Part shown: piece after piece, positions 1-8,975 of the stretch
Position numbering within the stretch: the first letter of the stretch is position 1
Layout of the letters: every line of letters begins with the position of its first letter
NCBI RefSeq assembly: GCF_003231495.1
Contig: NZ_PQWO01000015.1
Coordinates: 1,493-25,492, forward strand
From: Acaryochloris thomasi RCC1774
GTDB lineage: Bacteria > Cyanobacteriota > Cyanobacteriia > Thermosynechococcales > Thermosynechococcaceae
Direction of reading: 5' to 3'
DNA length: 24,000 nt
The notes under the pieces: model-generated
The model's input: only the letters and a program-made list of their open reading frames with translations
The model's database searches: none
What the model was told of the DNA's origin: nothing
Program-made: the position numbers and the translations under genes

Positions 1-444
1 TCGACCGAATGCTTCGGCGAAAGCATCAAGCTGCATTGCATACTTCGAAAAGGCAACCTGTTCCTCCGTCACCACCGGTTCTTTCAACACACCATCGGCC
101 AGTTCATGCTGCATTTGCGATTGAATGCGATCAACCGGATTTCGCATGATGTAGATAAAGCGGAATTCAGCCCCCTCCACCTGAGCAATGCGTTTCACCA
201 CATCTAGATACCTTGGATACATCGTGTACCCTGTCGATGCCTCTAGCGCAATCCGGTGTTCCGGCTGCCACTGCCACAGATCTCGGTACTGCTGCAGTCC
301 CTGGTGATAGCGTCGATCGTCACAGAAAAAAAAGGGTTCTTTGTTGCGACTGGGTGAAACTTGAGGATGCTCTGCCAGGTAGTGAAACAAGCTTGTGGTG
401 CCGCACTTCATTGCACCAATAATTAGGGCAAATGTTTTGATCAT
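1..444 (-). CDS. Sulfotransferase family protein (N-terminal 148 aa; 3' end lies beyond the window start)
   Basis: Absent from the ORF track because it runs off the window. My translation from ATG at 444..442 reads MIKTFALIIGAMKCGTTSLFHYLAEHPQVSPSRNKEPFFF...FRFIYIMRNPVDRIQSQ... and stays in frame to position 1. GAMKCGTTSL fits the 5'-phosphosulfate-binding loop of PAPS-dependent sulfotransferases, and RNPVDRIQS fits the 3'-phosphate-binding R...S motif. Confidence 0.8.
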   Translation of the reverse strand, partial: MIKTFALIIGAMKCGTTSLFHYLAEHPQVSPSRNKEPFFFCDDRRYHQGLQQYRDLWQWQPEHRIALEASTGYTMYPRYLDVVKRIAQVEGAEFRFIYIMRNPVDRIQSQMQHELADGVLKEPVVTEEQVAFSKYAMQLDAFAEAFGR

Positions 445-505
445 AGAGATGAGGGCATAGGAAAGCTAAATTTCAAATATTGAGTCCACGGGTTGCCAGC
501 GGCCG

Positions 506-1303
506 TCAACATTCAGAACCCAATAGCAGCTTAATATACTCGCTGTAAATCGCATCTGCATCTGCTAGTAGCCTAATATTTTGTGGTTGCCCCAGCTCCT
601 GCTTTTTAGCTTTCTTAAAGGGTTTGCGCCGTTCTAGCTCTGCAGCATTGTGAGTTCTAGGCTTAATGGTCTGATTAACCGTCTCAACATTAATGATGTC
701 AAAATGCCTGTCAAACCTTTGATTAAGAATGCTCACCAACTGATCTAACTGCTGCGTGGTTTGCTCAAAGGTACTCACCACACAGGAGGGAGCATAGGGC
801 AAAAGCTTCTCATAAAAGCCAATATAACCCTTTAAGCCTTGACAAACCGAAAGATGGGGCCAACGACTCGTCAATGAGATCACGGTGTCTGCTGGTTCAC
901 GAATCGTCAACCAAACCGGTACCTGATGCTTCACCGCCTTCATCACCTGCACCGGAGAATGGAGGTGATGGGCGAGACGGACCGGCTGTGTTTGGCAGAG
1001 CTGAAAGGCCTCCGTCGCAAAGCTATTTGCAGAGCCTTGAAAACCATCAATCACCAGCTCAGTCTCTGCCGTCACCTGACATTCTTCAGGATTGAGTCCC
1101 TTAGTTTGACGCTTAAACTTTGACCACCAAAGATAAGGCTGATAAAACATCCACAGCGATGGCTCCCTCGCCACTAATGAGTACAGCGAGAAGCTTTGCT
1201 GCCGAGGCTTATTCATCAGAGAACTTTGCTGCAGCTTAAGGAGCGATTGATTGATAGCGGCGGGGATCAACGTGGGTTCCTCGTAGGGGCGATTGGGTGG
1301 CAT
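506..1303 (-). CDS. Hypothetical protein, possibly a divergent sulfotransferase-like P-loop enzyme
   Basis: 265-aa ORF with an ATG start at 1303, 61 nt upstream of and co-directional with the sulfotransferase. 'VIDGFQGSANSFATEAF' resembles the G-x-x-(K/R)SGxT(F/W) loop of some sulfotransferase families, and a 'LTIREPADTVISL' R...S element follows. The match is weak. That it is a CDS is more certain than its function. Confidence 0.45.
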   Translation of the reverse strand: MPPNRPYEEPTLIPAAINQSLLKLQQSSLMNKPRQQSFSLYSLVAREPSLWMFYQPYLWWSKFKRQTKGLNPEECQVTAETELVIDGFQGSANSFATEAFQLCQTQPVRLAHHLHSPVQVMKAVKHQVPVWLTIREPADTVISLTSRWPHLSVCQGLKGYIGFYEKLLPYAPSCVVSTFEQTTQQLDQLVSILNQRFDRHFDIINVETVNQTIKPRTHNAAELERRKPFKKAKKQELGQPQNIRLLADADAIYSEYIKLLLGSEC

Positions 1304-1452
1304 GAATTTGAATAACGTTGAGGGTATCTCTAAACAGTCATAACCGATATAGATTGATCATCCAAGGACAGAAGTAGACTGCCGTCAGGCTTTGGTCTGA
1401 TTGAAATTACTCCAGCCTCAGAAAGGCATCCAGCTTCGCCCTAGATTAGCGC

Positions 1453-2616
1453 TTAAACGTTCTGTTCCCCACTCGTTGACTGACGATCTTGCAAGGCATT
1501 TTTATACAGCGTTAGTCTATGTTCGGCAGTGCGCTGCCAGCTAAATCTCTGAGCCGTACGATAGGCATTAGCACGCAGTTCTACCAGAAAGGGCAAATCT
1601 GACAATAGTTTTTCTAAACCAGCTTCAATGGCCGCCTGATCACGAATAGGTACGACAATAGCGTCATACCCATCTTTAACAATTTCTAGTGGCCCAGCCG
1701 TTTCAGTCGTAATAGGAGCCAAGCCACAGGCCATTGCTTCGACCAGACCTTTACCAAAGGCCTCCGATAAGGAGGGGAAAAGTTGAATATGGTGATCTTC
1801 AAGAAGAGAAGGGAGATCAGCATGTTCAAAGTGGGGGAGCACGGTGATGCGATCGCGTACACCAACTTCAAAGTCATCCAATACTTTGCTCTCAGAACAG
1901 CCCGTGCCCAAGAAACTCACGCGCACCTGTGGATAGCGCTTCAAAATATTATTGAGGGCCGGGACACTATACTGAATACCTTTGCGGGTAATATAGGTGC
2001 CAACAAGTGCGATCGCAACGCCTTGATGCTCAGCCTCCGTCATCGGCAACAACGGCAATCCTAAGAAAGACTCAGGAATACCGTTAGCCACAATATGAAC
2101 ATGCGATTCTGAGACACCCAACTGTTGAACAACGCATTCTGCCTCTAAATGATTCAGCAGCAACACCAAATCAGACCTTCGCAGTGAGATCGCAACCTCT
2201 AGGAGCTGCAAACTGCCCCGATATAGAGGGTATTGCCAACTTAGCTTCAGCGATCCCCTTCGCTGCTCTTCCAGGCGATCTAAATGAATCAGCTGCTCAA
2301 GATAATGACTACGAGTACTCAATAGAGGCCGACGACGCTCTCCCCGGAGAAACAGTGCCCACCACCAAACATCCCCCGTAGAGGCATCTACAACATCAAT
2401 AAAGCCTCTACGAAGACAGGCCACTAGATGTACCGCAAGATACCCAGGAAAGACAACCTCCTTCAACCTATCAGGCATCCACTGAGGTAAGTCATTAAAA
2501 GAGTAGTAGGTGACATCATGCCCCAGCGACAGATAATGCTGTCCCAGCTGAAAAGTACTACCAGCCGCACCCGCATTAGGAGTGAGACGCTCATGTATTG
2601 TCAAAAGGATTTTCAT
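1453..2616 (-). CDS. Glycosyltransferase family 4 (GT-B fold, retaining)
   Basis: The ORF track gives 1453..2622 from a TTG. An in-frame ATG at 2616 yields the typical 'MKILLTIHERL...' N-terminus. The C-terminal E-x7-E region 'SEAFGKGLVEAMACGLAPITTETAGPLEIVKDG' is diagnostic of GT4. Confidence 0.9.
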   Translation of the reverse strand: MKILLTIHERLTPNAGAAGSTFQLGQHYLSLGHDVTYYSFNDLPQWMPDRLKEVVFPGYLAVHLVACLRRGFIDVVDASTGDVWWWALFLRGERRRPLLSTRSHYLEQLIHLDRLEEQRRGSLKLSWQYPLYRGSLQLLEVAISLRRSDLVLLLNHLEAECVVQQLGVSESHVHIVANGIPESFLGLPLLPMTEAEHQGVAIALVGTYITRKGIQYSVPALNNILKRYPQVRVSFLGTGCSESKVLDDFEVGVRDRITVLPHFEHADLPSLLEDHHIQLFPSLSEAFGKGLVEAMACGLAPITTETAGPLEIVKDGYDAIVVPIRDQAAIEAGLEKLLSDLPFLVELRANAYRTAQRFSWQRTAEHRLTLYKNALQDRQSTSGEQNV

Positions 2617-2709
2617 CAACAAAGTTTCGAGTCAGGACAACTGAAGCACATATCCTCTTAGAGATTCATCAAAAAAGATCAATACTATTTCAATCAAACA
2701 GAAAGCCCA

Positions 2710-4137
2710 CTATTGACTCAACTCAGACTCAACACCTTCAAGAATCCCTCGATAGTAAGCATTAGCAGCAAGAGAAATACCCGCAAACCCCCAAAAAACC
2801 ATCGCCAAAGTAGAAATAAAAATCAAGTTAAGACCAACTTGAAAAAACAGACCAATAGCAATGGCCCTAGATGCGCTTGCAAAATCATCATTCTGTGATT
2901 TTTTTTCTGAGAACACCTTCCACAGAAGCAAGTAGATTCCGGCAGCAAAAAAAGTAATGCCGATCCAACCTAGCCAAAACATCATCGGCAAAATTGCTCC
3001 ATCAAAGGTTGAGATTTTAGTCAGTCGGCTCAGATCAAAGCCAACGCCCCTACCAATCACTTCTTTGATTGCCTCACCAAACAAAGCATTATAGGCAGCC
3101 CGCCTTACACCAATACTATTGTCACCAGAGAGATCCGTTAAGCTGCCAAGTCGCTCAGTAATGAAGCCAGAGAAAGGCTCCGTCAAACTTAAGGGGATCA
3201 TCACAGCAATAGAGACAGAGATCAAAAGGATAATTCGGACCTGCCGCTGAGGTTTCAACGATGGCAGAAAGATAGCCATACTGATCAGCCAACTAACCCA
3301 TCCCGCGCGTGCTCGGGATAGCAGAAAATTCAAATAGCCAAAAATAGAAGCGATAAAAGGTAGGGACTTTCCAGCATGGCATAGCATCAGCAGGAGTCCT
3401 GGAAATATGAGACCTGCAAATTGCTGACGTCCCTCTGCCGTGCTGAAAAGGCCAAAAGCGGAATTGACTCCCTGAGAAACCTCATTCTCTTTTTCAATAT
3501 GTAGCAAATAGAGTTGATCCCATTGTGGCAAGATCAGCCTTTGAAATATCCCATAGACACCCATAACAATGAGGCCCCATAGGAAAACACTCAAGAACAC
3601 TTTTCTATACTTAGGATAGTTTGGCGAGTCAAGAAACAAGTGAAACCCAAAGAATATAGGCCCTAACAGCTTTAATGTTCCGTAGGTATTTGCATTCAAT
3701 GGATTTCCCTGTATAGTCCCAACAATAAACGCATAGACAACGCTAGAGATGCAGAGCAGAAAAGGTAAAGCTTTCTTGTCATACAGATAAGGCAGATAGC
3801 GAAAAAATGTAATTGCACTCACCCAAGTTACTAAAAGAGGCGTTAGGACAAAATCGCCAGGCGTCAATCCTCCTTCTCTAAAGTCAATGAGGCGGCGAAC
3901 GAAGGGTCCAATAAACCATAGCCACCAAGTAAAGCCGACATAGTAGTGCGGCATTCTAAAGTAAAAAAAGCACGCTATATATAAAGATCCAACCGGGAAT
4001 AAGAGAGCTGCAGCTTTGCCAACACCTGCGGCCAGGGAAAGCCCCATCAAACCAACAAAACCGACAATCAATATCCAAGACTTTTTAAAGTCAGGGGAAG
4101 TGGAGGCTATAGAAGGATTAGCAGTACGAACAAACAT
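2710..4137 (-). CDS. O-antigen ligase / Wzy-like polysaccharide polymerase family membrane protein
   Basis: 475 aa and very hydrophobic, with at least 10 hydrophobic segments by eye and one larger hydrophilic loop (…HIEKENEVSQGVNSAFGLFSTAEGRQQFAG…). It is AT-rich and embedded among glycosyltransferases, which is the usual signature of Wzy/O-antigen-ligase-family proteins. Confidence 0.7.
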   Translation of the reverse strand: MFVRTANPSIASTSPDFKKSWILIVGFVGLMGLSLAAGVGKAAALLFPVGSLYIACFFYFRMPHYYVGFTWWLWFIGPFVRRLIDFREGGLTPGDFVLTPLLVTWVSAITFFRYLPYLYDKKALPFLLCISSVVYAFIVGTIQGNPLNANTYGTLKLLGPIFFGFHLFLDSPNYPKYRKVFLSVFLWGLIVMGVYGIFQRLILPQWDQLYLLHIEKENEVSQGVNSAFGLFSTAEGRQQFAGLIFPGLLLMLCHAGKSLPFIASIFGYLNFLLSRARAGWVSWLISMAIFLPSLKPQRQVRIILLISVSIAVMIPLSLTEPFSGFITERLGSLTDLSGDNSIGVRRAAYNALFGEAIKEVIGRGVGFDLSRLTKISTFDGAILPMMFWLGWIGITFFAAGIYLLLWKVFSEKKSQNDDFASASRAIAIGLFFQVGLNLIFISTLAMVFWGFAGISLAANAYYRGILEGVESELSQ

Positions 4138-4372
4138 AATTCAATCAACAAAAGGCTTGCAGGTGGGTAGGCCAAATTAAATTCAAGGCTTCCAGGAGTG
4201 GCTATCTAAACATTTATAAATTTCGCAGAGAAAATCTCATAAATCCGCTTTTATTTATCCAAAATTCAAAGACTTTATCATTACCTCCAAAGTCTTCAAT
4301 CATTTATTTTATTGGCATTCTGGCATTCAAGCGAGACCAAAACAGAGCATAAATTTTTAATAAATTGACTAT

Positions 4373-5623
4373 CTAAGCACCTTTAGACATCTGAACTTTT
4401 CTATAAATATCTAGCAGTTGCTGATTTAGATCGGTGATATCAAAGTTCTCTTCTACATACTTCCTCCCAACGTGGCCCATTTCTGCCCAGCTTCCTGGAT
4501 TCTCAATCAAATACATAAGTCGATCAACCAGCGCTGTAACATCACGTTCGGGAACCAGAAAAGCTGACCTTCCCTGGATAACGCTGTCTGGAAAACCATT
4601 ATGCAATGTGGCGACGACCGGTAAGCCCATGGCCTGTGCTTCTTGCAAAACAAGACCTTGCCCCTCCCTATCCTGGTTTGCAGCAGTTACGCTCGCTAAG
4701 ACAAAGATATGAGCTTGCTCATAGTATTTCTGCACCTCCTCCTTCGTCTTCCAGCCCAGTAAATGTACAGAGTCCTGTAGACGAAGTTCAACAATAAGTT
4801 GTTGAAGCCGACGGAGGAGAGGGCCGTCTCCGACAATCTCATACTGGATATTAGGATACTTTTCAATAACTTTAGAGACAGCTCTAATTGAATACTCAAT
4901 GCCTTTTTTCTCGACCAGACGCGCAACCGTTAGCAGCCGAATGGGAGCATTCTCCTGAGAAACCTCACGTTCTCGGAAAGAATAAAGTGAGACGTCAAGA
5001 CCAACAGGCAAACGTACAATCTTATCTGCAGCACAGTGCAGATCCATCAGCTTCTCAATTGTGAACTGTGAGTTAGCTGTGATGACATTTGCTTTTTGAA
5101 AAAGCTCTTTGTATACATCACTACCACTGAGTGCGGGAATCACATTGACGTCATAACCGTGGAAAGATGTGACAATCTGACCTGCAACAGCTCCAATCTC
5201 CCTGAGCTTAACGCCCATCGCACCAACGTGCCCATGATGACAGTGAACAATATCGTAATGATGATCCTCTCTACTTACAAAGGGAATTGCCCGATAGAAC
5301 AACCTCATTGAAGCCGCAAGCTCACCATGCCTATATATATTCAGTGCTTCAAGCAAAGGACGGAGTCTTGTATTGGTACTGCGAAAGAGCAGAGGCAACA
5401 CACCCAGAGCTCTCGCAACCCAGTTTTTCGGAACAGTCGGGTAATAGAAAATACATTTTTGTAGCTCATACCTATCGATATCTCCGTGCTTCTTGACGAC
5501 CTTAGATGGGCACTCAGCATAAATATCAACCTGATGACCACAATCAATTAAAGCTGTGATTTGGCTGAGGATAAACGTTTCCGATACGCTAGGAAACTCT
5601 CCGATTAGAAATGCAATTCTCAT
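4373..5623 (-). CDS. Glycosyltransferase family 4
   Basis: The ORF track extends to 5665. The ATG at 5623 ('MRIAFLIGEFPSVSETF...') removes the overlap with the upstream gene and gives the canonical GT4 N-terminus. E-x7-E region: 'EGQGLVLQEAQAMGLPVVATLHNGFPDSV'. Confidence 0.9.
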   Translation of the reverse strand: MRIAFLIGEFPSVSETFILSQITALIDCGHQVDIYAECPSKVVKKHGDIDRYELQKCIFYYPTVPKNWVARALGVLPLLFRSTNTRLRPLLEALNIYRHGELAASMRLFYRAIPFVSREDHHYDIVHCHHGHVGAMGVKLREIGAVAGQIVTSFHGYDVNVIPALSGSDVYKELFQKANVITANSQFTIEKLMDLHCAADKIVRLPVGLDVSLYSFREREVSQENAPIRLLTVARLVEKKGIEYSIRAVSKVIEKYPNIQYEIVGDGPLLRRLQQLIVELRLQDSVHLLGWKTKEEVQKYYEQAHIFVLASVTAANQDREGQGLVLQEAQAMGLPVVATLHNGFPDSVIQGRSAFLVPERDVTALVDRLMYLIENPGSWAEMGHVGRKYVEENFDITDLNQQLLDIYRKVQMSKGA

Positions 5624-5636
5624 TATGAATGACAAA

Positions 5637-6377
5637 CTATGCGATTGAAGCGATCTTCTCGGCAACTAGACAATATCCTAGAGGAAATTTGTGTGATGTT
5701 TTATCTGAGCGTCTTCGGCCCATGTGAGATTTGATCAAGGCTTTGCTTAATCTGAAGTGAAGGGACGATAGGATGGAAGAGCCGACTAGCTGTTTAGCCA
5801 TAATATCTAGAATCACCTCTAGAGCACCACCATATGCATCTAGCAATAAAATATTCAGATTATTCTCTTCACAAAACATCCTCAGCGAAAATTCTGTGTA
5901 TCGAAAATAGTCATAGGGGGTTTCGTGGAGCCAATAAAAGAAAGGGACGGTCAAGATAAGTTTTCCCTTTGGCTTCAAAACTCTGGCTATTTCGCGCATG
6001 ACTAACTGCGGATTTGAAATGTGCTCTAGCACATCTGTCATGAGAACCGTATCAAATCGCGAGTCACTCAAGGGTATACCCTCATTGAGATTGACCGCAT
6101 GATCGAGATACATCTTTTGATGTAGGCTATCGGCCCAATCAATACAGATGTTATCCGTCACCAAGTTCTTATACATCTGGTAGAGCGGAACATCACCACA
6201 ACCGAGATCTAGCAGGACACCGCTTGCGTGCTTTTCAATCAGCTCCTGATAGACGCTAACCTGAATGGAGGCAATGAAACGAGAGCCAATGGCCACTTGT
6301 TTCGGATCCATTGATAAGCTATACCCTTCGCTGGACTGGATGAATTTAGTTTCACTCCATAATTCCTTATTGATCAT
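5637..6377 (-). CDS. Class I SAM-dependent methyltransferase
   Basis: SAM-binding motif I 'VLLDLGCGDVPLY', post-I acidic residue and motif III-like 'VLKPKGKLILTVP'. The track start at 6440 is a TTG. The ATG at 6377 ('MINKELW...') is more plausible. The stop lies 13 nt before the next GT4 start. Confidence 0.85.
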   Translation of the reverse strand: MINKELWSETKFIQSSEGYSLSMDPKQVAIGSRFIASIQVSVYQELIEKHASGVLLDLGCGDVPLYQMYKNLVTDNICIDWADSLHQKMYLDHAVNLNEGIPLSDSRFDTVLMTDVLEHISNPQLVMREIARVLKPKGKLILTVPFFYWLHETPYDYFRYTEFSLRMFCEENNLNILLLDAYGGALEVILDIMAKQLVGSSILSSLHFRLSKALIKSHMGRRRSDKTSHKFPLGYCLVAEKIASIA

Positions 6378-6671
6378 AAAAGCCGCATTTGGTGGACCAC
6401 CTTGAATAAAACATAAGAGCCTCAACTGATGACCACGCAATTATCACGCAGAACGTCATGACTCCCACTAGTCTACAAGGTCAAACAGGAAACAATCAGG
6501 GTAGACTCAACAACCGATGTCTCGTAGCGATATCCTTCAGCATCAGTCAATGGTTACCACTGAAATAAGGGTCACATCGCTGCAGAGAAAGCTCTTTGAG
6601 CCTTTTTGCACTATTGTCTCAATCTCAAGCTCGAAATAGGCTTTTCACAAAGATAGGCACAAGTTATGAGG

Positions 6672-8951
6672 TCAAGCTCTGAGGTACTTGTAGTTTTTAG
6701 TCGGCTGATTGACGCCATTTGCGACTAAGCCAATGAGGTTGAGTTTGTCCAGAATATCAACAGCATTCGATAACTCAGTGCGAGTGATTTTGTCCATTCT
6801 GCCTACCATAACCACGCCGTCACACCCAAGACCAACAGGGATAGTATCAACCAGTCCTAAAACCGGTGGGCTGTCTACAAGAATAAGATCATAACTATCT
6901 TGAAAAGCACTGATGACCTCCTTCATCCGTTCAAGGCTCAATAGCTTCACCGGGTCCGCAGCAGAGGGGCCTGCAGTTAAAACATCCAAACTCAGATCTG
7001 AAGGGGGCAGGCGACGTAAGCTCGAGGAGGCTTCGCTCTCTTCACCCAAGTCGTCCTCGACATCGTCCCAGCGCATATAAACCCATTGAGGCGCTGACTG
7101 CCACTCTTGAGCTGGAATATCGCCGGTAAGTAGCGTAGAGAGCCCGTGGTGGTTAGTCAGATTGAACACTCGATGCAGGCTGGGATTACGCAAATCAGCA
7201 TCAATAATAAGTACACGCTGATCTAGACGTGAAGCGCTGATGGCTAGGCCGAGAGACAGGGTCGATTTTCCTTCCCCCGACAAGGCTGAAGTCACCATCA
7301 GGGACTTGTAGGGAACCCCCCCCTTCAGGAGTTGAATGTTGGCATAAATGAGATCTAGAGCCTCCCTAAGCGGTTTCCACTGAAATAGATCGGGGGTCGT
7401 AAACTCTTGAATATTATTTTGATAGAACGGAAGAGTTGCAAGCGCCTCCCTTGCCTCAGCTTGAGTCAATGCAGGAAGTGTTCCCAGCAGCGGTAGAGAA
7501 ATATTATTGCCTAAGTCCTCTGAGTTGTGAACGGTATCATCCAGTGATTCGCGTACAAACGCAGCAATACTGCCCAAAAATAGTCCTGCAACTGTACCCA
7601 GCAATAAATTTCTGATCACGTTGGGACTAGTCTGTTCACCTAAAAGCGGCGCTTCTACAATTTGCCAATCAAAGCCACCCTGAGCAATTGACAATCCCAG
7701 TTCTTGACGGGCATCCAGAAGTCGTTGGAGTGTGGCTTGGCGAACCTGAACTTCGGGCTGTAGTCGGCTATATTGAGCAATCAGCTCTGGAAACTCTCGC
7801 AGCTCAGCCTCTAACTTGGCCTCGGTTTGCGCTAAGCTCTGATCTCGAGCGGCCAGCCCTGCCAGAGTATTTTGAGCTTGGGTTAGCTGGTTAGCAAGAC
7901 CGACGTCACCGCGTCCAAACTGACCTTGTGAAAGAATGGATTGATCACCGACTGCCCCTACACCATTGGGCAGTACTCGACTCTCTTCTTGCCTTAGCAA
8001 AGCTATCTGCTCTTCTCGCTGTTGCCTGAGATCTTGGAGAATCGGGTGTTCTGCTGTAAGCTGCTGCTGCTGTCGTGACAACTCTAGCTCTGTTGTCTGA
8101 ATTTGATTGAGAAGAGCTTGGTATCGCGGTGATTCACTCAAACGGGCTGTTGAACGCGCTTGCCTAGGAGATGCCTCAATCTGCTGCTGTAGTGTCTCAT
8201 AACTGGCTTTAGCTTCTCGGTATTGAGCCTTGAGAGATTCTCGCTCCTGCTTAACACTGGCCAACTGACTGGTCGTGACGCCAGCTTGCTCAGCAGGGTC
8301 AATGACATTTTCCCCCCGCCGAAAGGCCTGCAGCGCGGCTTCTGCCTCTAAAACACTTTGACGGATCTCGGGTAACTGCTCGTTGATAAAGGCAAGCCCC
8401 TTCGATAAGCGCTGTTTCTGCTGCTCCAAATTATAGACTTGGAAAACAGAGAGTAAAGTTTGCAAAATACGCTGGGTTTTAGCCGGATCGTTACTGGTGT
8501 AGTCTGCGGATAAAACATTAGTTGCAATCTGGCCCTGTCCTGTTCGGTCAGCCCCATAGACTGGAGAAACTTCGAGGGCTCCCTGTATTTCTTCGACAGT
8601 TATATCTGGATAATCTTGCTGCAGTAAATCGATGGCCTTCTGAAGCAGTTCAGAACTACGCAGAATCTGGATTTGTGTGTTCGGATCGATTTCTACATTT
8701 GGATCTGTAAACTTATCTTCTGTCGCCTGACCGCGTCCTTGCTTCGCCGTGTAATTAGACTCAATCAAGATTCTCATCGAGCTTTGATATTCAGGCTCTG
8801 ATCGAATTGTCCAAAGAATAGCTACACAGAGAACGCCCGCAAATGTTCCAAGGAACCAAACTCGGCGACGCAGGAGAATTGCTAATAAATGACCATAGCC
8901 CCAGTCTTGCTCTTTGATATTACTTTCATTCTTAATAAGAGTTCCAGTCAC
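6672..8951 (-). CDS. Polysaccharide co-polymerase / tyrosine autokinase (Wzz-Wzc, GumC-like) protein
   Basis: 759 aa. It has an N-terminal TM (FLGTFAGVLCVAILW), a long Gln/Glu-rich coiled-coil periplasmic domain and a second TM (LLLGTVAGLFLGSIAAF). The C-terminal P-loop domain carries Walker A 'SALSGEGKST', Walker A' 'VLIIDADLRNP' and Walker B 'LILVDSPP'. The start codon is GTG at 8951. Confidence 0.85.
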   Translation of the reverse strand: MTGTLIKNESNIKEQDWGYGHLLAILLRRRVWFLGTFAGVLCVAILWTIRSEPEYQSSMRILIESNYTAKQGRGQATEDKFTDPNVEIDPNTQIQILRSSELLQKAIDLLQQDYPDITVEEIQGALEVSPVYGADRTGQGQIATNVLSADYTSNDPAKTQRILQTLLSVFQVYNLEQQKQRLSKGLAFINEQLPEIRQSVLEAEAALQAFRRGENVIDPAEQAGVTTSQLASVKQERESLKAQYREAKASYETLQQQIEASPRQARSTARLSESPRYQALLNQIQTTELELSRQQQQLTAEHPILQDLRQQREEQIALLRQEESRVLPNGVGAVGDQSILSQGQFGRGDVGLANQLTQAQNTLAGLAARDQSLAQTEAKLEAELREFPELIAQYSRLQPEVQVRQATLQRLLDARQELGLSIAQGGFDWQIVEAPLLGEQTSPNVIRNLLLGTVAGLFLGSIAAFVRESLDDTVHNSEDLGNNISLPLLGTLPALTQAEAREALATLPFYQNNIQEFTTPDLFQWKPLREALDLIYANIQLLKGGVPYKSLMVTSALSGEGKSTLSLGLAISASRLDQRVLIIDADLRNPSLHRVFNLTNHHGLSTLLTGDIPAQEWQSAPQWVYMRWDDVEDDLGEESEASSSLRRLPPSDLSLDVLTAGPSAADPVKLLSLERMKEVISAFQDSYDLILVDSPPVLGLVDTIPVGLGCDGVVMVGRMDKITRTELSNAVDILDKLNLIGLVANGVNQPTKNYKYLRA

Positions 8952-8975
8952 AGTTAAATACCAATATATTTATAT

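Noticed and set aside
326-333. Homopolymer tracts inside polysaccharide genes as possible slipped-strand phase-variation switches: A8 at 326-333 in the sulfotransferase and T8 at 2899-2906 in the wzy-like gene
   Set aside because: Both reading frames are intact. Tracts of 7-8 nt also occur in unrelated genes here (11641 region, 16083 region). I know of no evidence for this mechanism in cyanobacteria. It could only be tested with population sequencing.
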